Below, piece after piece: positions 45,901 to 54,158 of a stretch of 59,301 bases of DNA. The notes under the pieces were generated by a model. It saw nothing but the letters and a program-made list of their open reading frames with translations. It made no database searches and was not told the DNA's origin. Origin of the DNA: a virus (Duplodnaviria > Caudoviricetes); IMG/VR virus record IMGVR_UViG_3300033155_000832, positions 1 to 59,301 of that record; one strand, 5' to 3'. The number at the start of each line of letters is the position of its first letter. Positions within the stretch are counted from its first letter, which is position 1. Both the position numbers and the translations under genes were made by a program.

Positions 45901-47081
45901 TTCACGAGGATCGAGAGCGTCAACGTCTCTTCGGTACCCGCCTGTCGCACCATAGCACGCGTCTCGCCTGCGTTAATAGTAGTGAGCCCGCCACGTGTGT
46001 CTAATATGAAGCCTATCTCCGCGTCCGCGCTCGGGATGACAGGTGCGTGTAGTATCTCCGCGCTGGCGCCTAGAGACGAGTACGACACCTCGCGGGGTAC
46101 CCCGTACTCGCTTGAATTCACGGAGGTCGTGTAGTTGCGCACACGCGTTACGATATAAGCGGCGTCGGCGCGTTCGGACAGGCGACAGAGGTAGTACTCG
46201 TAGGCCTTGACCTCCCAGCGGTATGTTCCTGCATTGAACCCTAAATTACCGTCGTCGGCAGTGTTAAACCGAAAAGGATCTCCGGGGTTGATACCTGTCG
46301 TCTGGTCGACCGACATAACCGCCTGCATGTGCAGGTTCTGGTTGGTACGCGCCCACGTGAGCTTGCGGTCTGCCTGTTGCATATCTGCAAGAGACATGGC
46401 GCTTGCGTGCAGGGCGGACACGTGCATAAGACCGTCGACAGCTTCTCCTGCGGGGGCTCCGGCACCTGCCATGACGTAGAACGAAGTTACCGCGGGTGTG
46501 AACCCTAGGTCGGCAATACCGCTGATTGTGTTCGTGAGATCAACCCCGTCCACAAACAGGCGTCTGTCCGCAGATAAGCGCGCAAATGACGCACTTAGTC
46601 GCATAGGAACACCCAGAGGCGGAGCGTCAAAGACCGCGGACACTTCGAGGACGTCGTCTATGTAAATGGCGTACAGTAACTTGGTATCATCGGAGTCGTG
46701 CTCACGGATACCTGCGTAGTCGTTCGTCCCTATGTCCGAGTATGACACCCACCCATCTAGGTCGGCTATCTTACGCGTGAACACTATTGTGTGTGCGAAG
46801 TCGGATGTATGAGTCGGATTAGCAACCCCGTGGTCATCGACTCCGTCGTACGCAGAGGAGAAGAACCCGTCCGCAGGCTTGTATATCTGCGAGTCTATGA
46901 CCGCGCCACTGGTGAGCGTCATATCGTCCGAGCCGATAGCGTCAACCAGCGTGGTACCGGTCGAGCCCGCGCCTCCGTATGCGTGGTCGTACCCTAAGAT
47001 AAGAAACTCATTCAAGAGCGTCGTCTCGAGCGAGCCTGCCATGGCGGTTAGGGGGGCGATGGCGCCTGTGATCGTTTCCAT
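42903..47081 (-). CDS. large baseplate/fibre protein: LamG-like and beta-sandwich domains, repeat stalk, wedge (P2 gpI/gp7-like) C-terminus
   Basis: YDGVDDHG LamG-like motif; repeated L.AG..Y...(C1q-like) modules; 20-aa repeats; SAP.AVL.RLA...YRG..DAV at the C-terminus. Confidence 0.7.
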   Translation of the reverse strand: METITGAIAPLTAMAGSLETTLLNEFLILGYDHAYGGAGSTGTTLVDAIGSDDMTLTSGAVIDSQIYKPADGFFSSAYDGVDDHGVANPTHTSDFAHTIVFTRKIADLDGWVSYSDIGTNDYAGIREHDSDDTKLLYAIYIDDVLEVSAVFDAPPLGVPMRLSASFARLSADRRLFVDGVDLTNTISGIADLGFTPAVTSFYVMAGAGAPAGEAVDGLMHVSALHASAMSLADMQQADRKLTWARTNQNLHMQAVMSVDQTTGINPGDPFRFNTADDGNLGFNAGTYRWEVKAYEYYLCRLSERADAAYIVTRVRNYTTSVNSSEYGVPREVSYSSLGASAEILHAPVIPSADAEIGFILDTRGGLTTINAGETRAMVRQAGTEETLTLSILVNQSTHPSGQSVPWEAFKGTHGVDIVPDNDRRRVLLKAGGAYIIEAQLGCTFTTTSSAARTQWGLYNHTASAYIGAEQNVRAVIANVTNRHSESAVSKIIQPTVDTHIGLRPSLNSSLSVYTTASFMTVRKLREAFAYQELTVAHVPVIGEAIKFPAGLGTIPYDPVTGQWSLTAGKTYRMRFEERGAYTTTGYTQTKLHDITADVNLMQTLNYTMNSSGEWNTHGIDHVFTPAVDTEIAFVPLANSNLSSYRIGTLATVEELTESFEEQVSGSISKNAVMGGEVGLGHYITGDVSEAEALAGGVAVNTDVAGEVTETEALAGAFDITSTIAGAVTEAESLAGAFDINTDIAGDVTETETLAGGVAVNTDIAGAVAETEALAGSLPVIYPIAGAVTETETLSGTFDVNADIVGGITETAVSGGEVESSIQMTGDITGTEALSGALTIASLLMGAVAETETLAGAFDINTDITGAVAETATLAGAFATASEITGDITEAEALTGALTLNTDITGAVTETEALSGTLPTTYPVEGAVTETEALAGAFDIASLLTGDTVETATLAGALELIDQIAGDVAETATVGGAFLVDEFVEGAITSTATLTVTWIVAVVTKTPDLTATSTLGGSLYVEPDRTSINALLTMGGQLQLSPLNDGSTENRYDTDGHRPLFPLLVRSVTARTYGEASVAVNYQAGEAVVIPADYIPTDGDGLKRYGARADMVGVMQASGAWVFRYPELSEVVWLIPITPAGVPSDGGLYRWKAPRWFPWVSAFERTIVDMRVFDALDRDGVYKYLARLLSAYTARTQHDNRAVLDVRGALSAPTAVLNRLAQTYNHVDVPDLRSGTALSQRAVQYRGLTDAVSSVASAMNIQAIVHPIYVPDSATEWDDYTSAPPADQALLDTLGATNTLPAGTKTLDWVVADTDPTNPPASARPMRQVHVDLRTARGQVFTTNSRTEIDRMSEELMRGVAHLFPVGTSVRSIESGVTVGDTGRDLLTQYLAR
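44082..45101 (-). repeat. about 17 tandem 60-bp (20-aa) repeats
   Basis: Consensus TDIAG[AD]VTETE[AT]LAGAFDIN. Confidence 0.9.
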
Positions 47082-47611
47082 TACGCGCCACCGTTCGGTA
47101 CGATATTGTTTGCAGGGTCTTTAAGCCATGCCTTGAATTCCCGCTTAGCCAGCCCTAGCAACGGAGACAGGATAATACCATTCGGTACTTGGTCGAGCAC
47201 AGCCTGTGTGTGCGGGTCAAGTACTTTCACCGGTGTAGTGACCTGTACCGTACCGTCCAAGACCTCGCCCCCGTTGCCGTCGTCTATCCAGTTATCGACC
47301 GTATCTACGACATCCACGTACGTGCTTACGATATACGCTTCTACGATCGTCACTGTACCGTTATTGAACAACGCCTCGCCCACCACAGCTTTGACCTCTG
47401 CGTCCGTTTTGCCGACAGCCCACGCCATTGCGTCTGCGATGTCCTGTACGTCGTCCGAGTCGTTGGTGCGATTGACAACCCGACCTAGCGCGCGCTCCTG
47501 TGCGGGGCACGTCAGTTCGAGTACCAAGCGTAGTAACGCGGAGTATGCAGGGTCGTTCTCAGGTGGTACGGATACCGCCCAGAACAGACGGTCGTCGGGT
47601 AAGGTAGGCAT
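47081..47611 (-). CDS. hypothetical protein (tail-associated)
   Basis: TAATG coupling to the large fibre gene; start uncertain. Confidence 0.55.
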   Translation of the reverse strand: MPTLPDDRLFWAVSVPPENDPAYSALLRLVLELTCPAQERALGRVVNRTNDSDDVQDIADAMAWAVGKTDAEVKAVVGEALFNNGTVTIVEAYIVSTYVDVVDTVDNWIDDGNGGEVLDGTVQVTTPVKVLDPHTQAVLDQVPNGIILSPLLGLAKREFKAWLKDPANNIVPNGGA

Positions 47612-47655
47612 AGCGTTTAACCCAAACCCCCGCAAGGGGTGAGGAGCGACGAACG

Positions 47656-47674
47656 ATGTGACAGTTTGTCACAT
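47656..47674. promoter_or_regulatory. palindrome ATGTGACA-GTT-TGTCACAT (copy 5 of 5)
   Basis: 19-bp inverted repeat adjoining the stop of 47674-48126. Confidence 0.65.
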
Positions 47675-48126
47675 TATGAGATAGCGATAGACAATGCGGC
47701 GGCGGTAATAGTCTGACCGTCAGCGACATTAACCGATGCACGATCCCAGTACGCGAGTACCACGCCTGCTTCGTCGACTGCAATTGCGCCTGCGACGTTG
47801 CTGATGGCACCACCGGCGGCAGTCCATACTTGGTTGTCGAGTGTGATCTTACCTGTAGGAGCGTCAAACGTCCAGTCGGCGGCTCCTGTGGTGATGCCAC
47901 CAGTGGTGTAGCCGTTTCCGGTGGCAACTTCGATAAAGTCGTTACCTGACGCGATAGCACCGACCGCATCCACGGTTGGGTTATCAGTAACCACGGTTGT
48001 GTCGTGCAGGAGAATAAGAGCGACCGCGCTGTTAGCGAATCCTGTCTCATTTGCGGCCAAGGCCGCAATGCGGTTAGTGTTTTTCAAGAGCGTTTCGCGC
48101 CCTTTACGTGTTAGTGATGCCGCCAT
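47674..48126 (-). CDS. minor tail/virion structural protein
   Basis: EVATGNGYTTGG...WTA.GG.I..V.DGQT.T pattern typical of small virion proteins; GAGG SD. Confidence 0.65.
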   Translation of the reverse strand: MAASLTRKGRETLLKNTNRIAALAANETGFANSAVALILLHDTTVVTDNPTVDAVGAIASGNDFIEVATGNGYTTGGITTGAADWTFDAPTGKITLDNQVWTAAGGAISNVAGAIAVDEAGVVLAYWDRASVNVADGQTITAAALSIAIS

Positions 48127-48176
48127 GATGATAACCTCGAGTAGAGTGAAAAGAAGATAGGTACATTGTACACTTT

Positions 48177-50207
48177 TTAGGGTGTTAATTCTACGTAGCG
48201 TAACCGTAACGCACTAGACGGGCGGTCAACGGCTGTGTATCTGAATTGATTGTTCGCTATGGACGACCGGTTCCATATATCAGCAGGGTCGTCTTGATAT
48301 GTTTGTAAGTCCTCTAACGGCAGATAAGGCGCAACACCGGCTATCTGCGGGGTGGTGTTTAACGTGCCCGCAACTGTGTCCGGAGGGTACAGATCGTCGA
48401 CCGTGTTGAGTACTGTAGGGTCGAGGCGTCTGTCCAAGTGCACGAGCGAAGCGGTATTAGCTCCCCCTGCCATGGCACCACTGCTGACGATCTCCGCGCT
48501 GGATATTCCGATAGGTTGGTTATAGCTGGTGCCGAGGTTGCGGGCAGTGAGGTCAACCGTAGTGCCGGTTCGTGCTCCTATTACGATAGGGGACGCGCCT
48601 AAAATACTGACGAAATTGTCCGCGGTGGCTGTCGCGTCCGCGCCCAAAGCCACGACAATACTGTCAGGCACAGTGCCCGCTCCGTTGGTGAATTCGTAAA
48701 CGGTGGGGAACCCTGTAGAGTCGTATAACGTAACCGTACTGCCGGTGGCGGGGACGGCATTAAAGGTTACCGTACCTGTGGCGGGTGTCCAGTCCTCTTT
48801 CGATTCTAGGGTACGAATCACGGTACATTGTTGAACACGGGTTAGCGCCTCGACCGCCTGTACGATCGACAACACTGTGACGTTCAGCGCGTCCTGTTCG
48901 AACAGCGAAGACACGGCTGTGCCCACGGATTCGCGCAAGTCGGCCAACACCACACCCAACACGGGTACGATGCGGAGGTACACGTCACAGTACGCGAGAC
49001 CGGCTTCGGGCGTAGTAGCCACAATCCCGACGGCTGACTTGTCGGCAAGGTAGGTCAGGATGTTCTCACGGCTTAGCGTGGGATTGACGGTGGCCACGAT
49101 CGCAGACGTTAGCACACTGCTTCCCCTGTTCACAGCCACCGGTATTGTATCGGTGGTGCCTGCCCACGTCCGTAAGTCGACTGCGAGCGCTTGGTCGGTG
49201 GAGAACGCCCACACAGCGGTGGCGTATGTGGCAAAGCCTGTGCTTACCGCACCTCGGGCATAGTCGTCGCGCGTGATCAACTGTGTGCCTGTCGTTTGCG
49301 CACGTACCACTTGATTGCGCAGTATTTCTAAGTCGGATGTGTTGGTACCTCCGGTCGCGCTGGTAACGGACGTAGCGGGAGCCACTGCCGTGTCATTACT
49401 GGATGTGAACGTGCGGGAGTAGATCAGCGAGGGTATGGACAGCGTAGGAGCGTTACCGCCCACGCCTCGTGTGCTCTCGTACGCCACCACCATATTGCCC
49501 GCAGGAGGTGCCGTCCCGTGGATCCCGTCTCCGAATATCAGTGCGACCGCGCGGTCGTTTGGGGTTCGTATCTCGTAGTGCAGGTCATCAGGTGCCGAGT
49601 TCGCCAAGGTGTCCACGCGTTCCCACACATCACTGGAGGGTGTATGGGTTACCACGACCGTGCTGAGCAGGGTTGACCGTGTGTTACTGACAAACGGGAG
49701 CTCGAGCTGGACATTGGGTTGCCCGTCTACGAAGAATGAGCGTGTCTCCGGCTTGACCTGTCGAGCGCTGAACACCAGAAGGCTTTCGCCTGCGGATACG
49801 TCAATGCTCGCGTCGTCTGCGATTACCCACGGGACAAGTCGGCTGTCTGTGAATGCAGTATCTTTAAGCACTTCGGCAGTAAGTAGGCCGGTGCCGGGGT
49901 CGGGTACAGTAATTGAAAAGTCACAGACCGCGGGTGATCCTAAGGCGGGTTGCAGGCCTTCGGAGGTCGCGATACGTAGTAGGCTGTTAAAGTTTTGAGC
50001 GGTGGCGGGTATCAGTTCGTTGACCGCCACGTCCGTACCGTTGGCGCTCACGTCCATAGCATAGGCGATTAGGTCGAGAAGTAACCCCCCTAGGCCGTTG
50101 ATGTCGTCAAAAGACGCTCCGAGGTCGGGACGTGTCACCTCGATATGGGCACGCAAAGCGGTGCGCGCAGTGTCGAAGTCACGTGCTGTGTAGTCGATAC
50201 TCGCCAT
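48177..50207 (-). CDS. baseplate wedge subunit (T4 gp6/baseplate J-like)
   Basis: IDYTARDFD, LLDLIAY..D, FGDG..G..P, G..GN, ATGG and IT..DY motifs. Confidence 0.85.
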   Translation of the reverse strand: MASIDYTARDFDTARTALRAHIEVTRPDLGASFDDINGLGGLLLDLIAYAMDVSANGTDVAVNELIPATAQNFNSLLRIATSEGLQPALGSPAVCDFSITVPDPGTGLLTAEVLKDTAFTDSRLVPWVIADDASIDVSAGESLLVFSARQVKPETRSFFVDGQPNVQLELPFVSNTRSTLLSTVVVTHTPSSDVWERVDTLANSAPDDLHYEIRTPNDRAVALIFGDGIHGTAPPAGNMVVAYESTRGVGGNAPTLSIPSLIYSRTFTSSNDTAVAPATSVTSATGGTNTSDLEILRNQVVRAQTTGTQLITRDDYARGAVSTGFATYATAVWAFSTDQALAVDLRTWAGTTDTIPVAVNRGSSVLTSAIVATVNPTLSRENILTYLADKSAVGIVATTPEAGLAYCDVYLRIVPVLGVVLADLRESVGTAVSSLFEQDALNVTVLSIVQAVEALTRVQQCTVIRTLESKEDWTPATGTVTFNAVPATGSTVTLYDSTGFPTVYEFTNGAGTVPDSIVVALGADATATADNFVSILGASPIVIGARTGTTVDLTARNLGTSYNQPIGISSAEIVSSGAMAGGANTASLVHLDRRLDPTVLNTVDDLYPPDTVAGTLNTTPQIAGVAPYLPLEDLQTYQDDPADIWNRSSIANNQFRYTAVDRPSSALRLRYVELTP

Positions 50208-50614
50208 TATGGTGCTCCTAACAACGCGGATCGTTGTATGTTCAGTTCGTAGGTGTTAGTTGTCTCGGATCCACGCACGCGGTAACGTATCTTTACTTCC
50301 GGTGTCGTCTCGTTGGCGACCACAGACACGTCCTCGAGTAGGACGTCCGTAACCTGCGCTGTGATCTCCCCGGCAATGCGGAACGCTGTTGACTGTGCCG
50401 TGAGTTCTGCGGTTGTACTGAACAAACGTCCATAGGCGTACCCACCACGGTTCCTGCGCATCAAGCGTGAGCCCACAGGCGCACCTACCGTAAGGGCGAT
50501 GGCACCCCACTTAGAGTCTTCAACGGCTCGTGCGTTAAAGGGGGCTTGGTTTGCGTCGTCGACGGCAATGGGGAGTCCAAGCCCGTAGGGTTGAAAATGT
50601 GTCAGCAGTGGCAT
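50207..50614 (-). CDS. gp25/GPW-like baseplate protein
   Basis: GLGLP, P.GSRLM....GG...LF; directly upstream of the gp6-like gene. Confidence 0.7.
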   Translation of the reverse strand: MPLLTHFQPYGLGLPIAVDDANQAPFNARAVEDSKWGAIALTVGAPVGSRLMRRNRGGYAYGRLFSTTAELTAQSTAFRIAGEITAQVTDVLLEDVSVVANETTPEVKIRYRVRGSETTNTYELNIQRSALLGAP

Positions 50615-50660
50615 GTTTCTATTTTACGCGAGAACGGGTTGGAGGTGTCGTACTTTTATC

Positions 50661-51518
50661 TTACGGTGTTGCTGGCATGTCCCAGCGCAGGACTTCTGCG
50701 TCTTGTAGTGGGAGTAACTCTCCTGCGCCTGCTCCGTGATAGCTCGGGTCGGAGCCCGCGCCCTGCATAGCCGTGCGGATACTGTCGAGGGCGTCCCAGA
50801 GCTGTTGAATGAAGACCAACGCCTCGTACACCACGGAAGGGACTTCGGTAGGCTCGGTTTCTAACTCTTTGCGGAACAAGGAGAGGTTGCCTGCCCAAGG
50901 GTCAGACGGGGCTCCTTGTAGTGCGCCAGAGCCTGCGTGGGTGGTCAGGGCGAGTGGTGAGCCTGCGTCGATCACGCGACCTGTCATAGTAATATCTCGC
51001 GCCTCGAATAAGAGCGCTTTGTATTGCGGTGTCTTCGCGGCGAGGCGTTTCATCTTGGTTAGCTCATCCGCATCCATACCGATACGGCATAAGTCCCCGT
51101 AGAGCTTCCACGCCGCTTCGAAAGTAAGCCACGAAAACGAGTCTTGTATCTGTCGGCAGGTGACACCCCAGACAGCCTCTGCTGTTAACCTGTGGTGGCG
51201 AGCTAGGCGGAATAAGCGCACAGCTTCCGAGGCGCCTGACAAGGACTGATCAATCGGGTCGGTCAGTGTGTATTTATCGTCTAAGTCTTCGGTTTCGAAC
51301 CACGTGGCGTCAGGCACCGGTAATTGTAAGCCCATGGCGTCAATAACCGTAGTGTCAGGGGCTGTCCACGCGACCTCTGCGTTTTTGAGTCCTACGCCTT
51401 TCATCGCTTTGATAGCCGAGCACATCACGAGCTTGGTGGTGCGTAAACGATGGAGCGCGTCATCAAGGCGCGCCAGTCGGGAATATTCAGCAGATTCGGT
51501 GACTGTTGCTATTTTCAT
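50661..51518 (-). CDS. hypothetical protein in the baseplate operon
   Basis: 285-aa ORF between the gp5-like and gp25-like genes. Confidence 0.65.
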   Translation of the reverse strand: MKIATVTESAEYSRLARLDDALHRLRTTKLVMCSAIKAMKGVGLKNAEVAWTAPDTTVIDAMGLQLPVPDATWFETEDLDDKYTLTDPIDQSLSGASEAVRLFRLARHHRLTAEAVWGVTCRQIQDSFSWLTFEAAWKLYGDLCRIGMDADELTKMKRLAAKTPQYKALLFEARDITMTGRVIDAGSPLALTTHAGSGALQGAPSDPWAGNLSLFRKELETEPTEVPSVVYEALVFIQQLWDALDSIRTAMQGAGSDPSYHGAGAGELLPLQDAEVLRWDMPATP

Positions 51519-51521
51519 ATC

Positions 51522-54158
51522 TTAATCCGTGCAGGCTCCTGTTTCCGCAACTTCTGCGGGGTCGTATAATTGGAAGACGCCGTCCGCGTCACGATAAGCA
51601 GTACCGATCTCCCCGTCGCCTGAGACCATGGCGCCGTTCCTGCGAGGCTGTTTAGGCTCCGCACCGGAAAGTAGCGGTGTATCGGTGTTACCTAACAAGA
51701 AGACGTCGTACGTATAACTCGCAGGAGTGGTACTGGTGCCCGCGGTTCCGCTTATTTCTACGAGCTCGACCGCGAACATGGTGTGGTTAAGTACGCCCGC
51801 GGGTGGTCCTACGAAGAGAATGTCCTTGCCTGCCCCTATGTACAGGGTGTCTTGTGCAACCAAGCAACTCGACTTGTCCAGCTCCTCGACATACGGCAAC
51901 CGGCCTAAGGTGTCGGTTGTAGTGACGTATGAGTGTGGATTGGTTCCGTCCATGCCCCAGTTCCGGCCTTTACCTAACGCTTCGTCTGCGAGGGGAGCGT
52001 CTTCGCCTGCGTAACAGAACCAGTAACTGCTTACCCAGTGCTCTTCGCGCTCTGTCAGTAAATCCACGAAATCAGGGTCGTCATGGTGTATCTGCGGTAC
52101 GAGCAGGCTACCGTACGGTACTTGTTCCTCTGCGTCATAAGCATCAAAAGCGGTGGTGGTCGTAATCGGTACGGCTTCGTTGCTGAATTCGTCCATCAGC
52201 CCTGTCGCATCGTACGTACGCAGGTTCTGGAGCGGAGGTCGACCGAATAAGGCGTTCTTTGTTCCGTACAACCCGAGCGTGGTCTGGTGGGTTGTAGACG
52301 CGTCTAACGGGTTGCCGTCAGGATCCACGTCAGGGTACAACGGCACGTCGGTTCGCGTGGCGTACCTGCGCTCCATACCCAGCACCAAGACATCGTCAGG
52401 TACTATTTTGTGGTACGACCCGCCGGTGTGCTCGTGCCCGGCACCCCGCAACAACGTGGGCGACGGTACGTGTTGCAGGTCGGTGAATTGGTACGCGACG
52501 TCCGCCATGAGCGCGGCGCGTAGTGCCGGAGGTATGAGCTGTCGTGGGGTCGCACCTTCGCCCCCTGCGGTTCCTCCCTCTTCAAACACCTCGACCAACT
52601 TCTCGAGCACCAGCCGTTCGTGTCCCCGATAAGGGTCGGCATCGTAATCGTAATCGACTTCAGGGTCGCCCGAAGTGAGGACGAAGTCGCCTGCGGTTAT
52701 CGTACCGAGCTTGGCTAGTACCTCTTCTATCGACGGGAGTTCGCCCTCACATAAAATCTTATCCGCCGTAAGCTCGGGCGCGCCGTGGAGACGTAGTGTG
52801 GTCTCTACCAAGGCACGATAATAGGCACCACGATCAGAGAGGCGGATGTGTGATAACGCGTACGCCTCGGTGTGGAACGAACAACCGAACACCTTACGCA
52901 GTTCGGTCTGTCTGTCGACCTCTGTCTGCCAGTCTTCGTCGGTCGTGAGCAGTTCTACCAGCTCCGCACCTTCGAGGGAGTCTATCGAGGCGGTGGCTTC
53001 CTCTTCTTCGCTCTCCGCTATCTGCGTTGCGCGTATTTTGTCGTAAATAGGACGGGCGTCGACATAGATACCGCGGTCGTTGATCAAGCGCGATACCGCG
53101 TCGCCCATCCGCACTTCGAGCCCTGCAAGTTGGGTATGGTTGGCTTTCGTATCGGAGGCACCTAGCAGTGTGTATACGCCTCCTCCTATCTCAGCCATAT
53201 CAGGCGCGAGTACCATCTTACCGAAACCGCCGGTTACTCCTAAGGTAGGCTCCGGAGCGGGTTCTTCGCCTTCTGCGACACAGACGTCTTTTACGTACCC
53301 GCCCTCTCGCGCCTCTAACGTGACGACAGGTTCTTCCCCTTCTTCCAGCTCTTCGCCTTCTTCCAGCTCCTCAGTTATTTCTGCGAACCCTGACTGGTAT
53401 GCGTAGTGGGACGACCAGCCTTGGGGCTGTGCCAAAAGGCCTGCGAAGTCTGCCGGGGTACTCCCACGAGCGGACACGAGGTGTAGATTACGTGCTGAAA
53501 TCACCCCAGTATTGATAGCGTGCAGGCCAAACGAGCCAAACTCGTAGTCTGCGCGCCCTTCGAGTGCAGAAGTGTGCAGGGCGTTACCGGCGCCAAAGGT
53601 GGTGACCGTGAGCGGTCCGTCAGTCAGTTGTGTTCGCTCCCGTTCGGGCGTCCCATCCTGCATTAGCGAGCTCATCCCACGCCCGACCGTCAGGTCACGT
53701 GCTGTGTTTATGTGACTGTCGAGCAGTTGGTCGCCTCTCCGCGCGGTCAGATGCCCCATGTTGTTGTCCCAGCGCCCCATAATCACAGGATACTGCGGGT
53801 CTCCGTTCTCAAACGATACGTAAACGCTATCACCCACGCGAAAACAGTCCATGACCGCAGTACCGTTGTCACCCCGCTCTGCCCACGGTAGCCACTGCCA
53901 GCGCTGTACTCTTGCCGTTGCCTCCTCCTGTTCTTCCTCTTCCGCGCCTTCCTCTTCTAAGACGCTTTCGTACAAGGACGGCATAGCCGTAGGGTAGATG
54001 CCCTGTGAGAAGGTGTCGATTCCGCCCATATCCGAGCGTAGTGCGCCTGTGCGGGTGCCTGTGGCGTGCACTTGGTACACGAACACGCGCGCCCGACCGC
54101 GCCTCTGCGGGTCGATGACGTCTGCGACAATGCCTCGATATAGTCGGTTTAGTTCCAT
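51522..54158 (-). CDS. baseplate spike protein, gp5/VgrG-type OB-fold N-terminus with unrecognised extension
   Basis: YRGIV.DV.DP..RGR.RV, LPWA and VGD.VYV.FENGDP.YPVI.G motifs. Confidence 0.8.
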   Translation of the reverse strand: MELNRLYRGIVADVIDPQRRGRARVFVYQVHATGTRTGALRSDMGGIDTFSQGIYPTAMPSLYESVLEEEGAEEEEQEEATARVQRWQWLPWAERGDNGTAVMDCFRVGDSVYVSFENGDPQYPVIMGRWDNNMGHLTARRGDQLLDSHINTARDLTVGRGMSSLMQDGTPERERTQLTDGPLTVTTFGAGNALHTSALEGRADYEFGSFGLHAINTGVISARNLHLVSARGSTPADFAGLLAQPQGWSSHYAYQSGFAEITEELEEGEELEEGEEPVVTLEAREGGYVKDVCVAEGEEPAPEPTLGVTGGFGKMVLAPDMAEIGGGVYTLLGASDTKANHTQLAGLEVRMGDAVSRLINDRGIYVDARPIYDKIRATQIAESEEEEATASIDSLEGAELVELLTTDEDWQTEVDRQTELRKVFGCSFHTEAYALSHIRLSDRGAYYRALVETTLRLHGAPELTADKILCEGELPSIEEVLAKLGTITAGDFVLTSGDPEVDYDYDADPYRGHERLVLEKLVEVFEEGGTAGGEGATPRQLIPPALRAALMADVAYQFTDLQHVPSPTLLRGAGHEHTGGSYHKIVPDDVLVLGMERRYATRTDVPLYPDVDPDGNPLDASTTHQTTLGLYGTKNALFGRPPLQNLRTYDATGLMDEFSNEAVPITTTTAFDAYDAEEQVPYGSLLVPQIHHDDPDFVDLLTEREEHWVSSYWFCYAGEDAPLADEALGKGRNWGMDGTNPHSYVTTTDTLGRLPYVEELDKSSCLVAQDTLYIGAGKDILFVGPPAGVLNHTMFAVELVEISGTAGTSTTPASYTYDVFLLGNTDTPLLSGAEPKQPRRNGAMVSGDGEIGTAYRDADGVFQLYDPAEVAETGACTD

